64,000 nt of DNA, taken from assembly GCA_041485465.1 (NCBI GenBank), contig JBGPJO010000002.1, positions 6,629 through 70,628 of the forward strand. The letters run 5' to 3'. The position numbers and the translations under genes are program-made. The notes under the pieces were generated by a model, which ran no database searches, had not been told where the DNA came from, and saw nothing but the letters and a program-made list of their open reading frames with translations. Position 1 is the stretch's first letter, and every line of letters starts with the position of its first letter. This document shows positions 18,731 through 28,291 of the stretch, piece by piece. The stretch comes from Minisyncoccia bacterium. Its GTDB lineage: Bacteria; Patescibacteriota; Minisyncoccia; Phycocordibacterales; JAKFXT01.

Positions 18731-19077
18731 TTGGCTGCCGCTTTATGAAGTAGGCGGTCAAAGGTTGCCGTATTATGTTCGGCAAGATGAGCAAGTATTT
18801 TCCGATCAAGCATGATCTTCTTCAATTTCAAGGCATGTATGAACTTGCTGTATGAAATGCCGCGTCCTTTGAGCTCCGCGCCGATTTTTATATTCCAAAG
18901 TCTTCGAAAATCATTTTTCTTCGTTCTTCGGTGAGCGAAAGCGTATTTACCGGCATGGACGATTGCCTCGTTTGCCGCGCGTTCCTTTTTCGAACGACCA
19001 AAGCGATATCCCTTCACTTTACGAAGGGTATTGCGGCGGTTTTTGAGTGCGTGTACTCCTCCTTTGACTCTTGGCAT
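18727..19077 (-). CDS. rplT: 50S ribosomal protein L20
   Basis: MPRVKGGVHALKNRR...AHRRTKK motifs. Confidence 0.9.
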   Translation of the reverse strand: MPRVKGGVHALKNRRNTLRKVKGYRFGRSKKERAANEAIVHAGKYAFAHRRTKKNDFRRLWNIKIGAELKGRGISYSKFIHALKLKKIMLDRKILAHLAEHNTATFDRLLHKAAAK

Positions 19078-19081
19078 AGTA

Positions 19082-19285
19082 TTAAATGTTAACTAAAAAG
19101 CGGCGCTTGGCGTGCGTTGTAAGATAAAGCGTGGTTGAGCGTTTTCCGGCAAGTTGTTTTTTTCTGCTTTGCTTTGCCCGAAAATGGTTTTGGTGTCCTC
19201 CCCGTGCGACAATTTTCCCGTTCTTTGTCACCTTAAGACGTTTGCTGTATGACTTATTTGTTTTCATGTTATTTCTTTCGCTCAA
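19082..19285 (-). CDS. rpmI: 50S ribosomal protein L35 (start may be the internal Met at 19267)
   Basis: Basic 61-67-aa protein between infC and rplT. Confidence 0.8.
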   Translation of the reverse strand: MSERNNMKTNKSYSKRLKVTKNGKIVARGGHQNHFRAKQSRKKQLAGKRSTTLYLTTHAKRRFLVNI

Positions 19286-19781
19286 TGACGAGGCTGAGCC
19301 CCTTCGGTCCTTTTTTTAGACTCTCCGCGATTGCATGTTCGACGGTAATGAGCCGGAGTACCCGTTCGAGCCTCTCTTTGAGGAATTTCTGATCGAGATA
19401 TTTTGAACGTCCCGGAAGAAAAAGGTCTACTTTGACCCGGTGACCCTCTCCCAACCACGCGGAGGCTTTTCTGGCTTTGAGATCGAGATCGTGCTCTCCC
19501 GTGCCGATTTTTACTTGAATGCTTTTGACTTCGACATTCTTGGTTTTTCCCTTTATTGCCTTCTGTTTCTTATTCTGTTCGTACTGGAATTTACCATAAT
19601 CGGCTATTTTTGCAATGGGAGGCAGGGCATTCGGGGAGATCTCGATCAAGTCGAGTCCAAACTCGGAGGCTTTTTGGAGGGCTGACTCGGTTGAAATGAC
19701 GCCAAAGTTTTCTCCTTCAGGGCCGATCAGTCGGACTTCAGCCGCCCTAATTTGCCGATTAACACGGGTGTATTGTTTCAA
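19269..19781 (-). CDS. infC: translation initiation factor IF-3
   Basis: IF3 N- and C-terminal domains. Part of the infC-rpmI-rplT operon. Confidence 0.9.
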   Translation of the reverse strand: MKQYTRVNRQIRAAEVRLIGPEGENFGVISTESALQKASEFGLDLIEISPNALPPIAKIADYGKFQYEQNKKQKAIKGKTKNVEVKSIQVKIGTGEHDLDLKARKASAWLGEGHRVKVDLFLPGRSKYLDQKFLKERLERVLRLITVEHAIAESLKKGPKGLSLVIERKK

Positions 19782-19850
19782 CGTTAAGAGTGATTAATTT
19801 CTTATAAACTAAATCGAGCATAGTATTGCATGAAAATTGTTAGTTCGCAA

Positions 19851-19882
19851 TGAAAAAACAAGGGGCGTGCAAAGCACGCCCC
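19851..19882 (-). terminator. intrinsic terminator (GGGGCGTGC/GCACGCCCC plus T-run on the minus strand)
   Basis: 9-bp stem directly downstream of the 19919 minus-strand ORF. Confidence 0.55.
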
Positions 19883-19918
19883 TAATTGTCAGTGTAAGTA
19901 TTTCAGGAGGGTACTCCG

Positions 19919-20167
19919 TTAACCATAGAGTATCCAGATCGATACGAAGAACAGCACTGCGCCCCCCAGAGTGATGCCGAAGAGAAAGTCTTTTGTTCTT
20001 TTGGTGAAAGGGATGATCTGATTTTCTTCGTGCATCCCGCACCACTCAGCGACCTTTAATGCTAAGCGGGTCAGTCTTTCCCGCATGAGCAAAAAAGAGC
20101 CCATCACCATCATAATGGAGCCCAGATAGACGCCCGAAAAATAGAAGAATGTCTTTGTGAAAACCAT
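19919..20167 (-). CDS. small membrane protein (82 aa, 2 transmembrane segments)
   Basis: AGGGA Shine-Dalgarno, two hydrophobic helices, and its own terminator. Confidence 0.45.
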   Translation of the reverse strand: MVFTKTFFYFSGVYLGSIMMVMGSFLLMRERLTRLALKVAEWCGMHEENQIIPFTKRTKDFLFGITLGGAVLFFVSIWILYG

Positions 20168-20250
20168 CTCAATTTCCCTTCTTTCATTTGGCCGATGGTT
20201 GTTGAATCTTTTTTAATTATATTACAAAATTTAATTTTGTCAATCCCTAG

Positions 20251-20293
20251 ATTTCTGAAAAAAATAAAGAGCCGCAGGCACGCCTGCGGCTCT
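20251..20293 (-). terminator. intrinsic terminator (GAGCCGCAGGC/GCCTGCGGCTC plus T-run)
   Basis: 11-bp stem directly after the 20301 ORF. Confidence 0.55.
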
Positions 20294-20300
20294 CGGGGTA

Positions 20301-20489
20301 TCAATCAACATTTTTTTCTTGAGGATCGCAGTCGCCGAAGAGAAAAGGAACCAGTTCCTTAAAAGCCTGGCGGCTTTCTCTGCTCCCCATCCATATGAGG
20401 ACATCATTTTCCTGCGAGCCGCCCGTCCTCTCTTCCGGGCCTTTGGCGCGATAGCCGAATCCACCCGGCTGGTTGTCGAATTGGGGCAT
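20301..20489 (-). CDS. hypothetical small protein (62 aa)
   Basis: GGGAGG Shine-Dalgarno 5 nt upstream, with its own terminator. Confidence 0.45.
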   Translation of the reverse strand: MPQFDNQPGGFGYRAKGPEERTGGSQENDVLIWMGSRESRQAFKELVPFLFGDCDPQEKNVD

Positions 20490-20722
20490 AGAAACCTCCC
20501 TAGACTGTTTCGAATCAGCGAGCCTTACCAGTGTTGTAATAAAGATCGCTGTTGCCGACGAATTTGTTGCCGACGTAGTAATAGTCGCAGGCGTATTCGA
20601 ATTCGCGTTTGCCGATTCTCTGCCATGACCTAAGAGTGATGGTCCCTCGCATTTCTTCCTCCCAAAAGTTCAAAGATCGAAAAAGAACAACACGAGTCAA
20701 TCATGCCTGCTTGATAAAACAG

Positions 20723-21123
20723 GGTGGAGATGGGCGGAATTGAACCGCCGTGCAAGCGAGATTTGAATATGCATCTACAAAATTTAGCGAGTTTGTTTTG
20801 TTTCGAGACGTTTCAATCGAAAGCCCGCAAAAGCTGAAACACTCTAGCCGCTTTTTTTAATCCCTCGTGCGCGGCGCACTCGGGACGATCCTGATTGATA
20901 TCACCTCACACCGCTCTTTCAGGAAAAGAAGCGGGGAGATGTCGCTTAGACGTTAGCGTAAGCGAAAGCAAGGTCGTTTGCCGTAAAGTACGGCGAAACA
21001 ATTGACTTTGCCCGAATAACTAAGTTGTTTACACTTAATCGTTTCCGGAAAATATTAGGAGATATCCGGAGAACTCCACTTTGCACATATTCAAGGACGC
21101 ACCTGTCGATGCCTGGCATCCCC
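20723..21123 (-). ncRNA. ssrA: tmRNA (SsrA)
   Basis: 5' GGGGATG pairs with 3' CATCTCC-A-CC. tRNA-Ala-like T-arm GGCGGTTCAATTCCGCC. Located immediately downstream of smpB. Confidence 0.75.
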
Positions 21124-21133
21124 ATAGTGGGAC

Positions 21134-21202
21134 GAGAATTCCCAGAGTCATTTTAAAACCCTACCCTACCCATACCTTTTTAAAATGACTCTGGGAATTC
21201 TC
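21134..21202. repeat. 22-bp perfect inverted repeat with 25-nt loop between smpB and ssrA
   Basis: GAGAATTCCCAGAGTCATTTTA...TAAAATGACTCTGGGAATTCTC. Confidence 0.8.
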
Positions 21203-21648
21203 TATTCATTTTTCAATGACCGTCTGATTTCTCTATCAGTTTCACGACGTTTTATGGATTCACGCTTATCATGCTTCTTTTTACCGCGCACGATACCGAT
21301 TGAGACTTTGATTTTTCGATTTTTATTATACATCGAAAGTGGCACTACGGTCAATCCTTTCTTCATTTCGGCGGAAGCAACACGAGCGATCTCTTCTTTT
21401 TTGAGGAGCAGCTTACGATTTCTATCCGGTTGATATCGTTCGTCGACATTTTTTGGCTGGTAGGGGGGAATTGTTGTGCCAATTAAAAACGCTTCGCCGC
21501 CGCGCACAATAACTCGCGCTCCTTCGAGCGATCCCTGCTTGTTTCTCAAGCTTTTTACTTCGTGTCCCAAAAGCTCGATACCCGCCTCGAGCGTTTCGAG
21601 GACTTCGTAGTTAAAATGGGCTTTTTTGTTCTCGATCAAACTCATCAC
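21202..21648 (-). CDS. smpB: SsrA-binding protein SmpB
   Basis: KKAHFNYEVLETLEAGIELLGHEVKSLR is an SmpB N-terminus. Confidence 0.9.
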   Translation of the reverse strand: MMSLIENKKAHFNYEVLETLEAGIELLGHEVKSLRNKQGSLEGARVIVRGGEAFLIGTTIPPYQPKNVDERYQPDRNRKLLLKKEEIARVASAEMKKGLTVVPLSMYNKNRKIKVSIGIVRGKKKHDKRESIKRRETDREIRRSLKNE

Positions 21649-21742
21649 GAGGCCAGTTTAGCACAAAAGAAGCCCAGGTCTTTACTTTTCTTGCCGAAAA
21701 GTTTAAACTCGCTTTCCTAACTTTTTTCTGTATACTGGCCGT

Positions 21743-23668
21743 ATGTTTGACGAGAAAGACAAGAAAAATAAAAATAAAAACAAGCGAAACATCGGCGGTT
21801 TTCTGCCGCCAACGTCATTTTGGGGTAATATCGCCTCGCTTATCCTCATTTTCCTGATAATCATTTCACTCTATTCGCTTATCGCGGATTATCAAAAACA
21901 GACTCCGGAGATCGCGCTCTCTCAAGTGGCAGGCGACATCAATGCCGGAAAAATACAGACGATTGTTGTTGAGGGAGATGAGCTCACTCTTACCTATACG
22001 GACAAATCGGAAAAGAAATCAAAAAAAGAATCGGGGGTCGCAATTACGGAAACTCTTAAAAATTACCAAATCCCTCAGGATAAGCTTGCGGTGGTTAATA
22101 TTGAGGTGAAAAATCCGAGCGGTTTCAGTTTCTGGGCCATAACCCTCGCACCGTTCCTGCTTCCGATTGCGTTCATCATCTTTTTTATCTGGTTTTTGTC
22201 GCGGCAGGTGAAAGGCGCGGGCATGCAGGCGTTCACCTTCGGACAGTCGCGCGCCCGAATCATTAATCCTGAGGATAAGGGGCGGAAAATTACTTTTAAA
22301 GATGTTGCCGGCGTGAAAGAAGCGAAAGAAGAGCTCACTGAAATCGTTGATTTTCTTCGCAATCCGAAAAAATTCCTCGATATCGGCGCGCGGATTCCGA
22401 AAGGGATTCTTCTCATGGGGGCCCCCGGTACGGGGAAGACACTTCTTGCCCGCGCGGTTGCGGGGGAGGCAGGGGTACCATTTTTCTCGATTTCCGGATC
22501 CGAGTTTGTTGAAATGTTTGTCGGTGTCGGCGCTTCGCGCGTTCGTGATCTTTTCCAGCTTGCCAAGAAGGCGGCCCCGGCCATAATTTTTGTTGATGAA
22601 ATAGACGCAGTTGGCCGTGTCCGAGGCACGGGGGTTGGTGGCGGAAACGATGAGCGCGAACAAACACTGAACCAGATTCTCGTTGAAATGGATGGATTTG
22701 AGCCGACTGAAAAAGTGATCGTCATCGCCGCGACAAATCGCCCCGATGTTCTTGATCCGGCGCTTCTTCGCCCAGGACGTTTCGACCGAAGAGTGGTGCT
22801 TGATCTTCCGGACCGAGAGGGGAGGGAAGAGATTCTTAAAATTCATGCCGGAGAAAAGCCGCTTCACGAAGATGTTAATTTGAAAGTCATTGCCGAGCGC
22901 ACACCAGGATTTTCCGGGGCTGATCTCTATTCTTTGATGAATGAAGCAGCAATTCTTGCCGCGCGTGAAAATAGAAAGAAAGTCACCCAGTATGATTTGA
23001 TTCGGTCAATTGAAAAAGTGATGCTTGGTCCTGAGCGCAAGAGCCATCTGCTTACCACGAAAGAAAAAGAAATCACGGCATATCACGAAGCGGGGCATGC
23101 CCTTGTCGCGTCCGTCCTTCCGTATGCCGATCCGGTTCACAAAATTTCAATTATTTCGCGTGGCCATGCGGCGGGGTACACCCTGAAGCTTCCGCTTGAA
23201 GATAAGAGAATGCAGTCGAAGAAAGAATTTATCGATGACATCGCGGTTAGTTTGGGAGGCTATGTCGCCGAAGAAATGATATTTGGTGATTTGACGACAG
23301 GGCCGTCGAACGATCTGCAGGTCGCAACCGCGCTTGCCCGCGACATGGTCGCAAAATATGGCATGTCGGATCTCTTGGGACCGGTTGCGTTTGAAGGCTT
23401 AGGCGGAAGGATTTTATTCGGTAGGAGTGTGGTTCACGATGAATATTCCGAAGAAATTTCCGCGAAAATCGACGCCGAGATCTCGAAGATCATGAATGAA
23501 GCAAAAAAGACTGCGACAAAAGTTTTGACCGAACATCGCACGGCACTTGATGCGATCGCGAAGAAGTTGATTGAGGTTGAGGCGGTTGAAAAAGACGAAT
23601 TTGAAAAAGTATTGATTGCAAACGGTATTATGCCGAAAAAGAAACTTGATATCGAGCATCAGGTATAA
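21743..23668 (+). CDS. ftsH: ATP-dependent zinc metalloprotease FtsH
   Basis: Walker A GAPGTGKT, second region of homology, and HEAGHA zinc motif. Confidence 0.95.
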   Translation: MFDEKDKKNKNKNKRNIGGFLPPTSFWGNIASLILIFLIIISLYSLIADYQKQTPEIALSQVAGDINAGKIQTIVVEGDELTLTYTDKSEKKSKKESGVAITETLKNYQIPQDKLAVVNIEVKNPSGFSFWAITLAPFLLPIAFIIFFIWFLSRQVKGAGMQAFTFGQSRARIINPEDKGRKITFKDVAGVKEAKEELTEIVDFLRNPKKFLDIGARIPKGILLMGAPGTGKTLLARAVAGEAGVPFFSISGSEFVEMFVGVGASRVRDLFQLAKKAAPAIIFVDEIDAVGRVRGTGVGGGNDEREQTLNQILVEMDGFEPTEKVIVIAATNRPDVLDPALLRPGRFDRRVVLDLPDREGREEILKIHAGEKPLHEDVNLKVIAERTPGFSGADLYSLMNEAAILAARENRKKVTQYDLIRSIEKVMLGPERKSHLLTTKEKEITAYHEAGHALVASVLPYADPVHKISIISRGHAAGYTLKLPLEDKRMQSKKEFIDDIAVSLGGYVAEEMIFGDLTTGPSNDLQVATALARDMVAKYGMSDLLGPVAFEGLGGRILFGRSVVHDEYSEEISAKIDAEISKIMNEAKKTATKVLTEHRTALDAIAKKLIEVEAVEKDEFEKVLIANGIMPKKKLDIEHQV

Positions 23669-23706
23669 AAAAAGAAGGCCCGCGCATAGCGCGGGCCTAT
23701 TTTATT
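23669..23706. terminator. bidirectional terminator (GGCCCGCGC/GCGCGGGCC)
   Basis: 9-bp stem between the convergent ftsH and pyrC genes. Confidence 0.65.
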
Positions 23707-24793
23707 CTTGAACACTCCAGGCGATTTCCTCGTTCGCACGGAACGGGACGACGCCGCCGACAACGCCGCCATAGAGCGCGGGCACCCTCCAGGGTTCTTT
23801 GGTGAGGGTGGTTGTCCCTTCATTTGGAAGCAAACCGTAAAAATTTGCCCCCCATCTCGACGTAAAGGCTTCAAGCATCGATAACCGATGTTCTGCGGCG
23901 AATACTTCAGCGCACAGCTCAATTGCCGCATGAGCGTTAAAGATCCCCGCTTTTCCGCATTCGCAATACTTTTTCTCTTTAGAGTGCGGGGCTGAATCGG
24001 TACCGAGGAAGAAGCAGGAAAGTCCCGATACCGCAGCTTCTCGGAGTGCTAAGCGGTCTTTTTCCTCTTTTGCGATGGGGAGGCAATACTGATCCGGCCG
24101 TATGCCGCCGCGGAATATGTCCCGCCGATCAATGATGAGGTGGTGCGGTGTTATGGTCGCTGCGGTCGGGCTTTTGCGGGAATATTCTTCTCGTACGAAC
24201 CGGATTCCCTCTCCCGTAGTGACGTGCTCGAACACGATTTTGAGACCAGGGAATTTTTTTCTTATTCCCGCTATGATCGGGATGAAACGCTTTTCCCGAT
24301 CGAATGGATCAATTTCCTCGCTCTTTTCGTCGACAACAAGTTCGCCATGAATGAGAAGGGGAATGCCCATCCGCTCCATGACCTCGAGGACTTTATAGGT
24401 CTTCTTGATCTCGGTCACGCCACTCTCCGAATTAGTGGTGGCGCCCTTGGGATAGAGTTTCACCGCCTTTATGACGTTTTCCGCGAAACCGTGAGCGATA
24501 TTGTGCGGGTCACTCTGGTCGGTGAGGTAGACGGTCATAAGTGGCATGAAGCCACTGCCTGGCGGAAGAGCTTCCACAATTTCTTTCCGGTACGCTTCCG
24601 CGTACTGCCAGGTTAGAACCGGCGGAGTAAGATTCGGCATGATGATGGCTCGCGCGAAGCGCTTTGCCGTGAAAGGAAGGACAAGCTTCATCATCTCACC
24701 GTCTCGCACATGCACGTGAAAATCGTCCGGGCGGCGAATCGTTATAGATTGGTCGCCTTGTGAGCTTATTTTCATGAAAAAGAACTCCTTCAA
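23702..24793 (-). CDS. pyrC: dihydroorotase, homodimeric (E. coli PyrC) type
   Basis: Near-collinear match to E. coli PyrC: RRPDDFHVHVRDGEMMKLVLP...MPNLTPPV. Confidence 0.8.
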   Translation of the reverse strand: MKEFFFMKISSQGDQSITIRRPDDFHVHVRDGEMMKLVLPFTAKRFARAIIMPNLTPPVLTWQYAEAYRKEIVEALPPGSGFMPLMTVYLTDQSDPHNIAHGFAENVIKAVKLYPKGATTNSESGVTEIKKTYKVLEVMERMGIPLLIHGELVVDEKSEEIDPFDREKRFIPIIAGIRKKFPGLKIVFEHVTTGEGIRFVREEYSRKSPTAATITPHHLIIDRRDIFRGGIRPDQYCLPIAKEEKDRLALREAAVSGLSCFFLGTDSAPHSKEKKYCECGKAGIFNAHAAIELCAEVFAAEHRLSMLEAFTSRWGANFYGLLPNEGTTTLTKEPWRVPALYGGVVGGVVPFRANEEIAWSVQE

Positions 24794-24892
24794 GTGAACG
24801 TAGCTTCCGCGACCTTACCAAGCTCGTCTGTTTTTTGCAAACAAAAAAAAGGCTGGCGCAGAGCGCCAGCCTGGTGTGCGTGCAACTTTTGA

Positions 24893-25084
24893 TCAGGTGC
24901 GACTAGTAGGGGGAAGATCGCCTGGCGACACTTTATCGGCTTGTCGGGGCGAAAAACTCTGGGTCTCAGAGGTCGTGGGAACGGCCTCTGAGACAAGGGA
25001 ATTCCCGGACCCTTTCTTTTTGTCTTTTGTGTCGCTCACACCTGCCCTTTCACCACTGACGAATTGTCCCGACCACTTTGACAT
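24893..25084 (-). CDS. small Ser/Thr/Pro-rich hydrophilic protein (63 aa)
   Basis: AAGGGGGG Shine-Dalgarno. Downstream hairpin GGCTGGCGC/GCGCCAGCC with a T-run. Confidence 0.4.
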   Translation of the reverse strand: MSKWSGQFVSGERAGVSDTKDKKKGSGNSLVSEAVPTTSETQSFSPRQADKVSPGDLPPTSRT

Positions 25085-25153
25085 AGCATAACCCCCCTTG
25101 TTGTTCGTTGCAGCCTTCCTGATTTTAAAGTAGATTCAAGAACGACGCAACCA

Positions 25154-25690
25154 ATGAAATTTCTTTTCGACATTTTCCCGATACTACTCTTCTTTATCGT
25201 CTATAAATTTTTCGGTATCTATACCGCGACTGGGGTTGCGATCGCGGCCTCTCTTCTCCAAATAGGTTTTGTTTTCGCTTTAGGCAAAAAGATAGAATAT
25301 ACGATGTGGGTCAACCTTATTGTCATTTCTCTCTTCGGTGGTATGACCCTCATCTTTCACAATGAGATTTTTATAAAATGGAAGCCGACGATTCTCTATC
25401 TGACGTTCGCCCTTTCCCTCCTGATCTCTGATCTTTATTTCAAGAAGAACCTTCTGAAGACGCTGATGCGCGAAGGGCTTGAGCTTCCCGAAAAAGTCTG
25501 GAGGGGGATGAATAGCGCCTGGATTCTTTTTTTCAGTCTGCTTGCGGCGGTCAATCTGATCGTCGCCTATACGTTTTCGACCGACACGTGGGTCAATTTC
25601 AAATTATTCGGCCTTATCGGCCTCACTATAATTTTTATTGTAGTCCAAAGCTTCTTTATCGCGCGCTACGTCACTATTAAAGAGCAGTGA
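25154..25690 (+). CDS. yciB: intracellular septation protein A (YciB/IspZ family)
   Basis: Collinear similarity to E. coli YciB (FHNEIFIKWKPTILY..., WVNFKLFGL). Confidence 0.7.
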   Translation: MKFLFDIFPILLFFIVYKFFGIYTATGVAIAASLLQIGFVFALGKKIEYTMWVNLIVISLFGGMTLIFHNEIFIKWKPTILYLTFALSLLISDLYFKKNLLKTLMREGLELPEKVWRGMNSAWILFFSLLAAVNLIVAYTFSTDTWVNFKLFGLIGLTIIFIVVQSFFIARYVTIKEQ

Positions 25691-25707
25691 GGAACTTAGG
25701 GGCACTC

Positions 25708-25959
25708 TTAGTGATGATTTATTGTTTCCCTAATCTGTTTAAAACTTTTGATTCCGTAGAGAAAGATAATAAATGAAATAACGAGCGTCACCGCTCCAAG
25801 CGGGAGTCCAACAATAGGGGATGTAAATTTGAATATAAAAGCGGCAAGTACGACAACGCCGAGCGCTGTCCTCGTGTAGGCAAGAAACGTCCGCTGGTTG
25901 GCGAGGTGTGTTCGATGTTTATCGAGACCGTTTCTGTTTGTTCCGTTTCGAGCCATCAC
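25708..25959 (-). CDS. DUF202/YidH-like small membrane protein
   Basis: LANQRTFLAYTRTAL motif followed by two transmembrane segments. Confidence 0.5.
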   Translation of the reverse strand: MMARNGTNRNGLDKHRTHLANQRTFLAYTRTALGVVVLAAFIFKFTSPIVGLPLGAVTLVISFIIFLYGIKSFKQIRETINHH

Positions 25960-25985
25960 TCTTTACTATATAGTATACAGTATAG

Positions 25986-26058
25986 TGCGCGTGCCTGGAC
26001 TCGAACCAGGGACCAGTCGTGTATAAGACGACCGCTCTACCATCTGAGCTACACGCGC
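25986..26058 (-). tRNA. tRNA-Ile (anticodon UAU)
   Basis: Manually folded cloverleaf: acceptor GCGCGTG/CACGCGC, D-arm GCTC/GAGC, anticodon loop CTTATAC, T-arm CCTGG-TTCGAGT-CCAGG. Confidence 0.7.
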
Positions 26059-26081
26059 AAACCCCCTATACTATACAGCTC

Positions 26082-28235
26082 CTATTCAAAGTGCAAAGAT
26101 TCGGTCTGTAACCGAAGGCGCTCTTTAAGCAGGGGATAATTTTCAAGATCTTTATCTTTTTCGATCAGTTTCCGTGCCTCGACCCGCGCCGCTTCAACCA
26201 TTTTTATATTCTTTATTGCTTCCATGCCGACGTCGCTGATACCCCACTGGCGCCTGCCGTAAAGCTCTCCCGCGCCGCGAAGTCCCAAATCAAGTTCGGC
26301 AAGCTCGAAACCATTTTTAGCCTTCACCAGAGCTTTCAAGCGATCCATCGACTTACCTCCCTTGATCTCGCTGAATAAATAACAAAACGGCTGATGATTA
26401 CTTCTTAAAACTCTGCCGCGGAGTTGATGCAGCTGGGCAAGTCCGAAGCGCTCCGCCCCTTCGATTATAATATTGGTCGCGTTTGGCACGTTTACGCCGA
26501 CCTCGACGACCGAGGTTGCGACTAAGATATTTATTTCGTGATTTTTAAACGACAGCATCACCTCGTCTTTCTCCTTGGGCTTCATTTTGCTGTGAAGGAT
26601 TGCAATCTCAAACTCGGGGAAGACTTCCTCTTTGAGTCGCTTTGTTTCCGCCTTGACCGATTTTGCTTCAAGCGCGAGTTCTTTCGTCGGATCGGGCTCG
26701 TCTATTCTCGGACAGATGATATACGCTTGGCGTCCGTCTTTCAGTTCCTTCCGAATTTTTTCATAGACGTCTTTTCTTTTTTCCGGAGGGACGATTTCGG
26801 TATTGATCGGCTTTCTTCCTTTCGGCATTTCATCAAGAAGGCTTAAATCAAGGTCACCGTAAATGCTGAGCGCAAGCGTTCTTGGGATCGGTGTTGCCGT
26901 CATTGAAAGAAGATGCGGCAGGATATCGCCTTTTCGCGCAAGATTTTTTCTTTGCGCCGTGCCGAAGCGGTGCTGTTCATCGATAATAATGTAGGCGAGA
27001 TCTTTGAATTTTACCGTCTTTTGAATAAGGGCATGGGTGCCAAGAAGAATGGCGATCTCGCCGTTTAGGACCCACTTTAAAAGCTGGGTGCGAGAGATAT
27101 TCGTCCACCCTGAAGGGTTTACCTTTGAAGGAAACTTTCGGCAACCGGAACCCGTGATAAGGGCGATGTTTATGGGGAGATGCTTGAAATATTCGATGAA
27201 TGATTCGAAGTGTTGAGAAGCAAGAATCTCGGTTGGCGCCATATAGGCGACTTGGAGATTGCCGAAGTCTTTTTCCGAGGGCCGGGTCGTCACCGCTGCA
27301 TAGGCAGAGACGGCGGCAACCGCCGTTTTCCCCGACCCGACATCACCCTCGAGGAGTCGCGACATGGGGTGCCCCGCTTCAAAATCTTTCAAGATCGTTT
27401 CGATCACCCGCTCCTGAGCGAGAGTTGCCTCAAAGGGAAAGCGCTTGATGAAATCGCTTATCTCGGATTTTGATTTTTTGATTATGAACGACCTTTTTTC
27501 CTCGTATTCTTTGCGTTCTCTGAATTTCTCGAGCTGAATAAAAAAAATTTCCTCAAACGAAAAACGCTTCCTCGCGGCAAGCGCCGCGCTCTCTTTTTTG
27601 GGCGTGTGAATGAAAATTAAAGCGGTTTTTAAGCCGGGCAAATGATAGGTGTCCAAAATATCCTTCGGGATCGGGTCATGAAGAGAGTTCAAAAAACTTT
27701 CCGAGAGGATTTTTTTTATGGCGTGGTAGAACCAGCGTGAGGTAATGCCGCGGCTCTCCGCATATGTCGGATAGAGTGCCGCTCCACCCTCCCCCTCAAA
27801 GAGCGACTCGGCGCTTCCCGAGGGAAGTCCCAGCAACTTTTCGATCTCGGGATTTGCAAAATATAATTCTCCTTTTCTTTCCGCCACCTTTCCGACGACC
27901 CTAACCGGGGATCCCTCGCCGATCATTTTTGCAAGATACGGCTGGTTGAACCACACCGCTTTTATTCTTCCCGTTTGATCTTCAATTACGCCATCGGCCA
28001 TCGGAATGCGTTTTCTGAAGGCCTTGCCAAGTTTCAGGTTTCTTATAATGCCATAAAGCGCCACCTCATCGCCCTTTCTAAGCTCGCGCACGGTTTTGTG
28101 AGGAACGGGCTTCGCGTAGTGGGTCGGGAAGTGGTAGAGAAGGTCACTTAACGTTCGTAGTCCGAGTTTTTTGAGAGCGGTTTTCTGAAGACTTGTCAGT
28201 TTAAAAACTTCCTCCATTTCCGTCTCACGTGTCAT
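26082..28235 (-). CDS. recG: ATP-dependent DNA helicase RecG
   Basis: Wedge domain, helicase motifs GDVGSGKT and DEQHRFG. Confidence 0.9.
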   Translation of the reverse strand: MTRETEMEEVFKLTSLQKTALKKLGLRTLSDLLYHFPTHYAKPVPHKTVRELRKGDEVALYGIIRNLKLGKAFRKRIPMADGVIEDQTGRIKAVWFNQPYLAKMIGEGSPVRVVGKVAERKGELYFANPEIEKLLGLPSGSAESLFEGEGGAALYPTYAESRGITSRWFYHAIKKILSESFLNSLHDPIPKDILDTYHLPGLKTALIFIHTPKKESAALAARKRFSFEEIFFIQLEKFRERKEYEEKRSFIIKKSKSEISDFIKRFPFEATLAQERVIETILKDFEAGHPMSRLLEGDVGSGKTAVAAVSAYAAVTTRPSEKDFGNLQVAYMAPTEILASQHFESFIEYFKHLPINIALITGSGCRKFPSKVNPSGWTNISRTQLLKWVLNGEIAILLGTHALIQKTVKFKDLAYIIIDEQHRFGTAQRKNLARKGDILPHLLSMTATPIPRTLALSIYGDLDLSLLDEMPKGRKPINTEIVPPEKRKDVYEKIRKELKDGRQAYIICPRIDEPDPTKELALEAKSVKAETKRLKEEVFPEFEIAILHSKMKPKEKDEVMLSFKNHEINILVATSVVEVGVNVPNATNIIIEGAERFGLAQLHQLRGRVLRSNHQPFCYLFSEIKGGKSMDRLKALVKAKNGFELAELDLGLRGAGELYGRRQWGISDVGMEAIKNIKMVEAARVEARKLIEKDKDLENYPLLKERLRLQTESLHFE

Positions 28236-28262
28236 GCGGCACAGTATACCCTAGGAAAACAA

Positions 28263-28291
28263 AAAAGCCCCGATTCGAGGGCTTTTTTGTT
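28263..28291. terminator. bidirectional terminator (AAAAGCCC/GGGCTTTT)
   Basis: Hairpin between recG and the downstream minus-strand genes. Confidence 0.5.

Noticed and set aside
20515-20700. 61-aa minus-strand ORF between the small-protein gene and ssrA
   Set aside because: No RBS. It lies in the tmRNA 3'-flank or terminator region and has a low-complexity translation.
22019-22867. Long antisense ORFs (282 and 216 aa) inside ftsH, and similar antisense or alternative-frame ORFs inside tuf, rplC, secY, pilB, gatA and others in the ORF track
   Set aside because: They fully overlap well-supported conserved genes on the other strand or frame, have no RBS, and are typical of GC-skewed coding regions. 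Treated as spurious.
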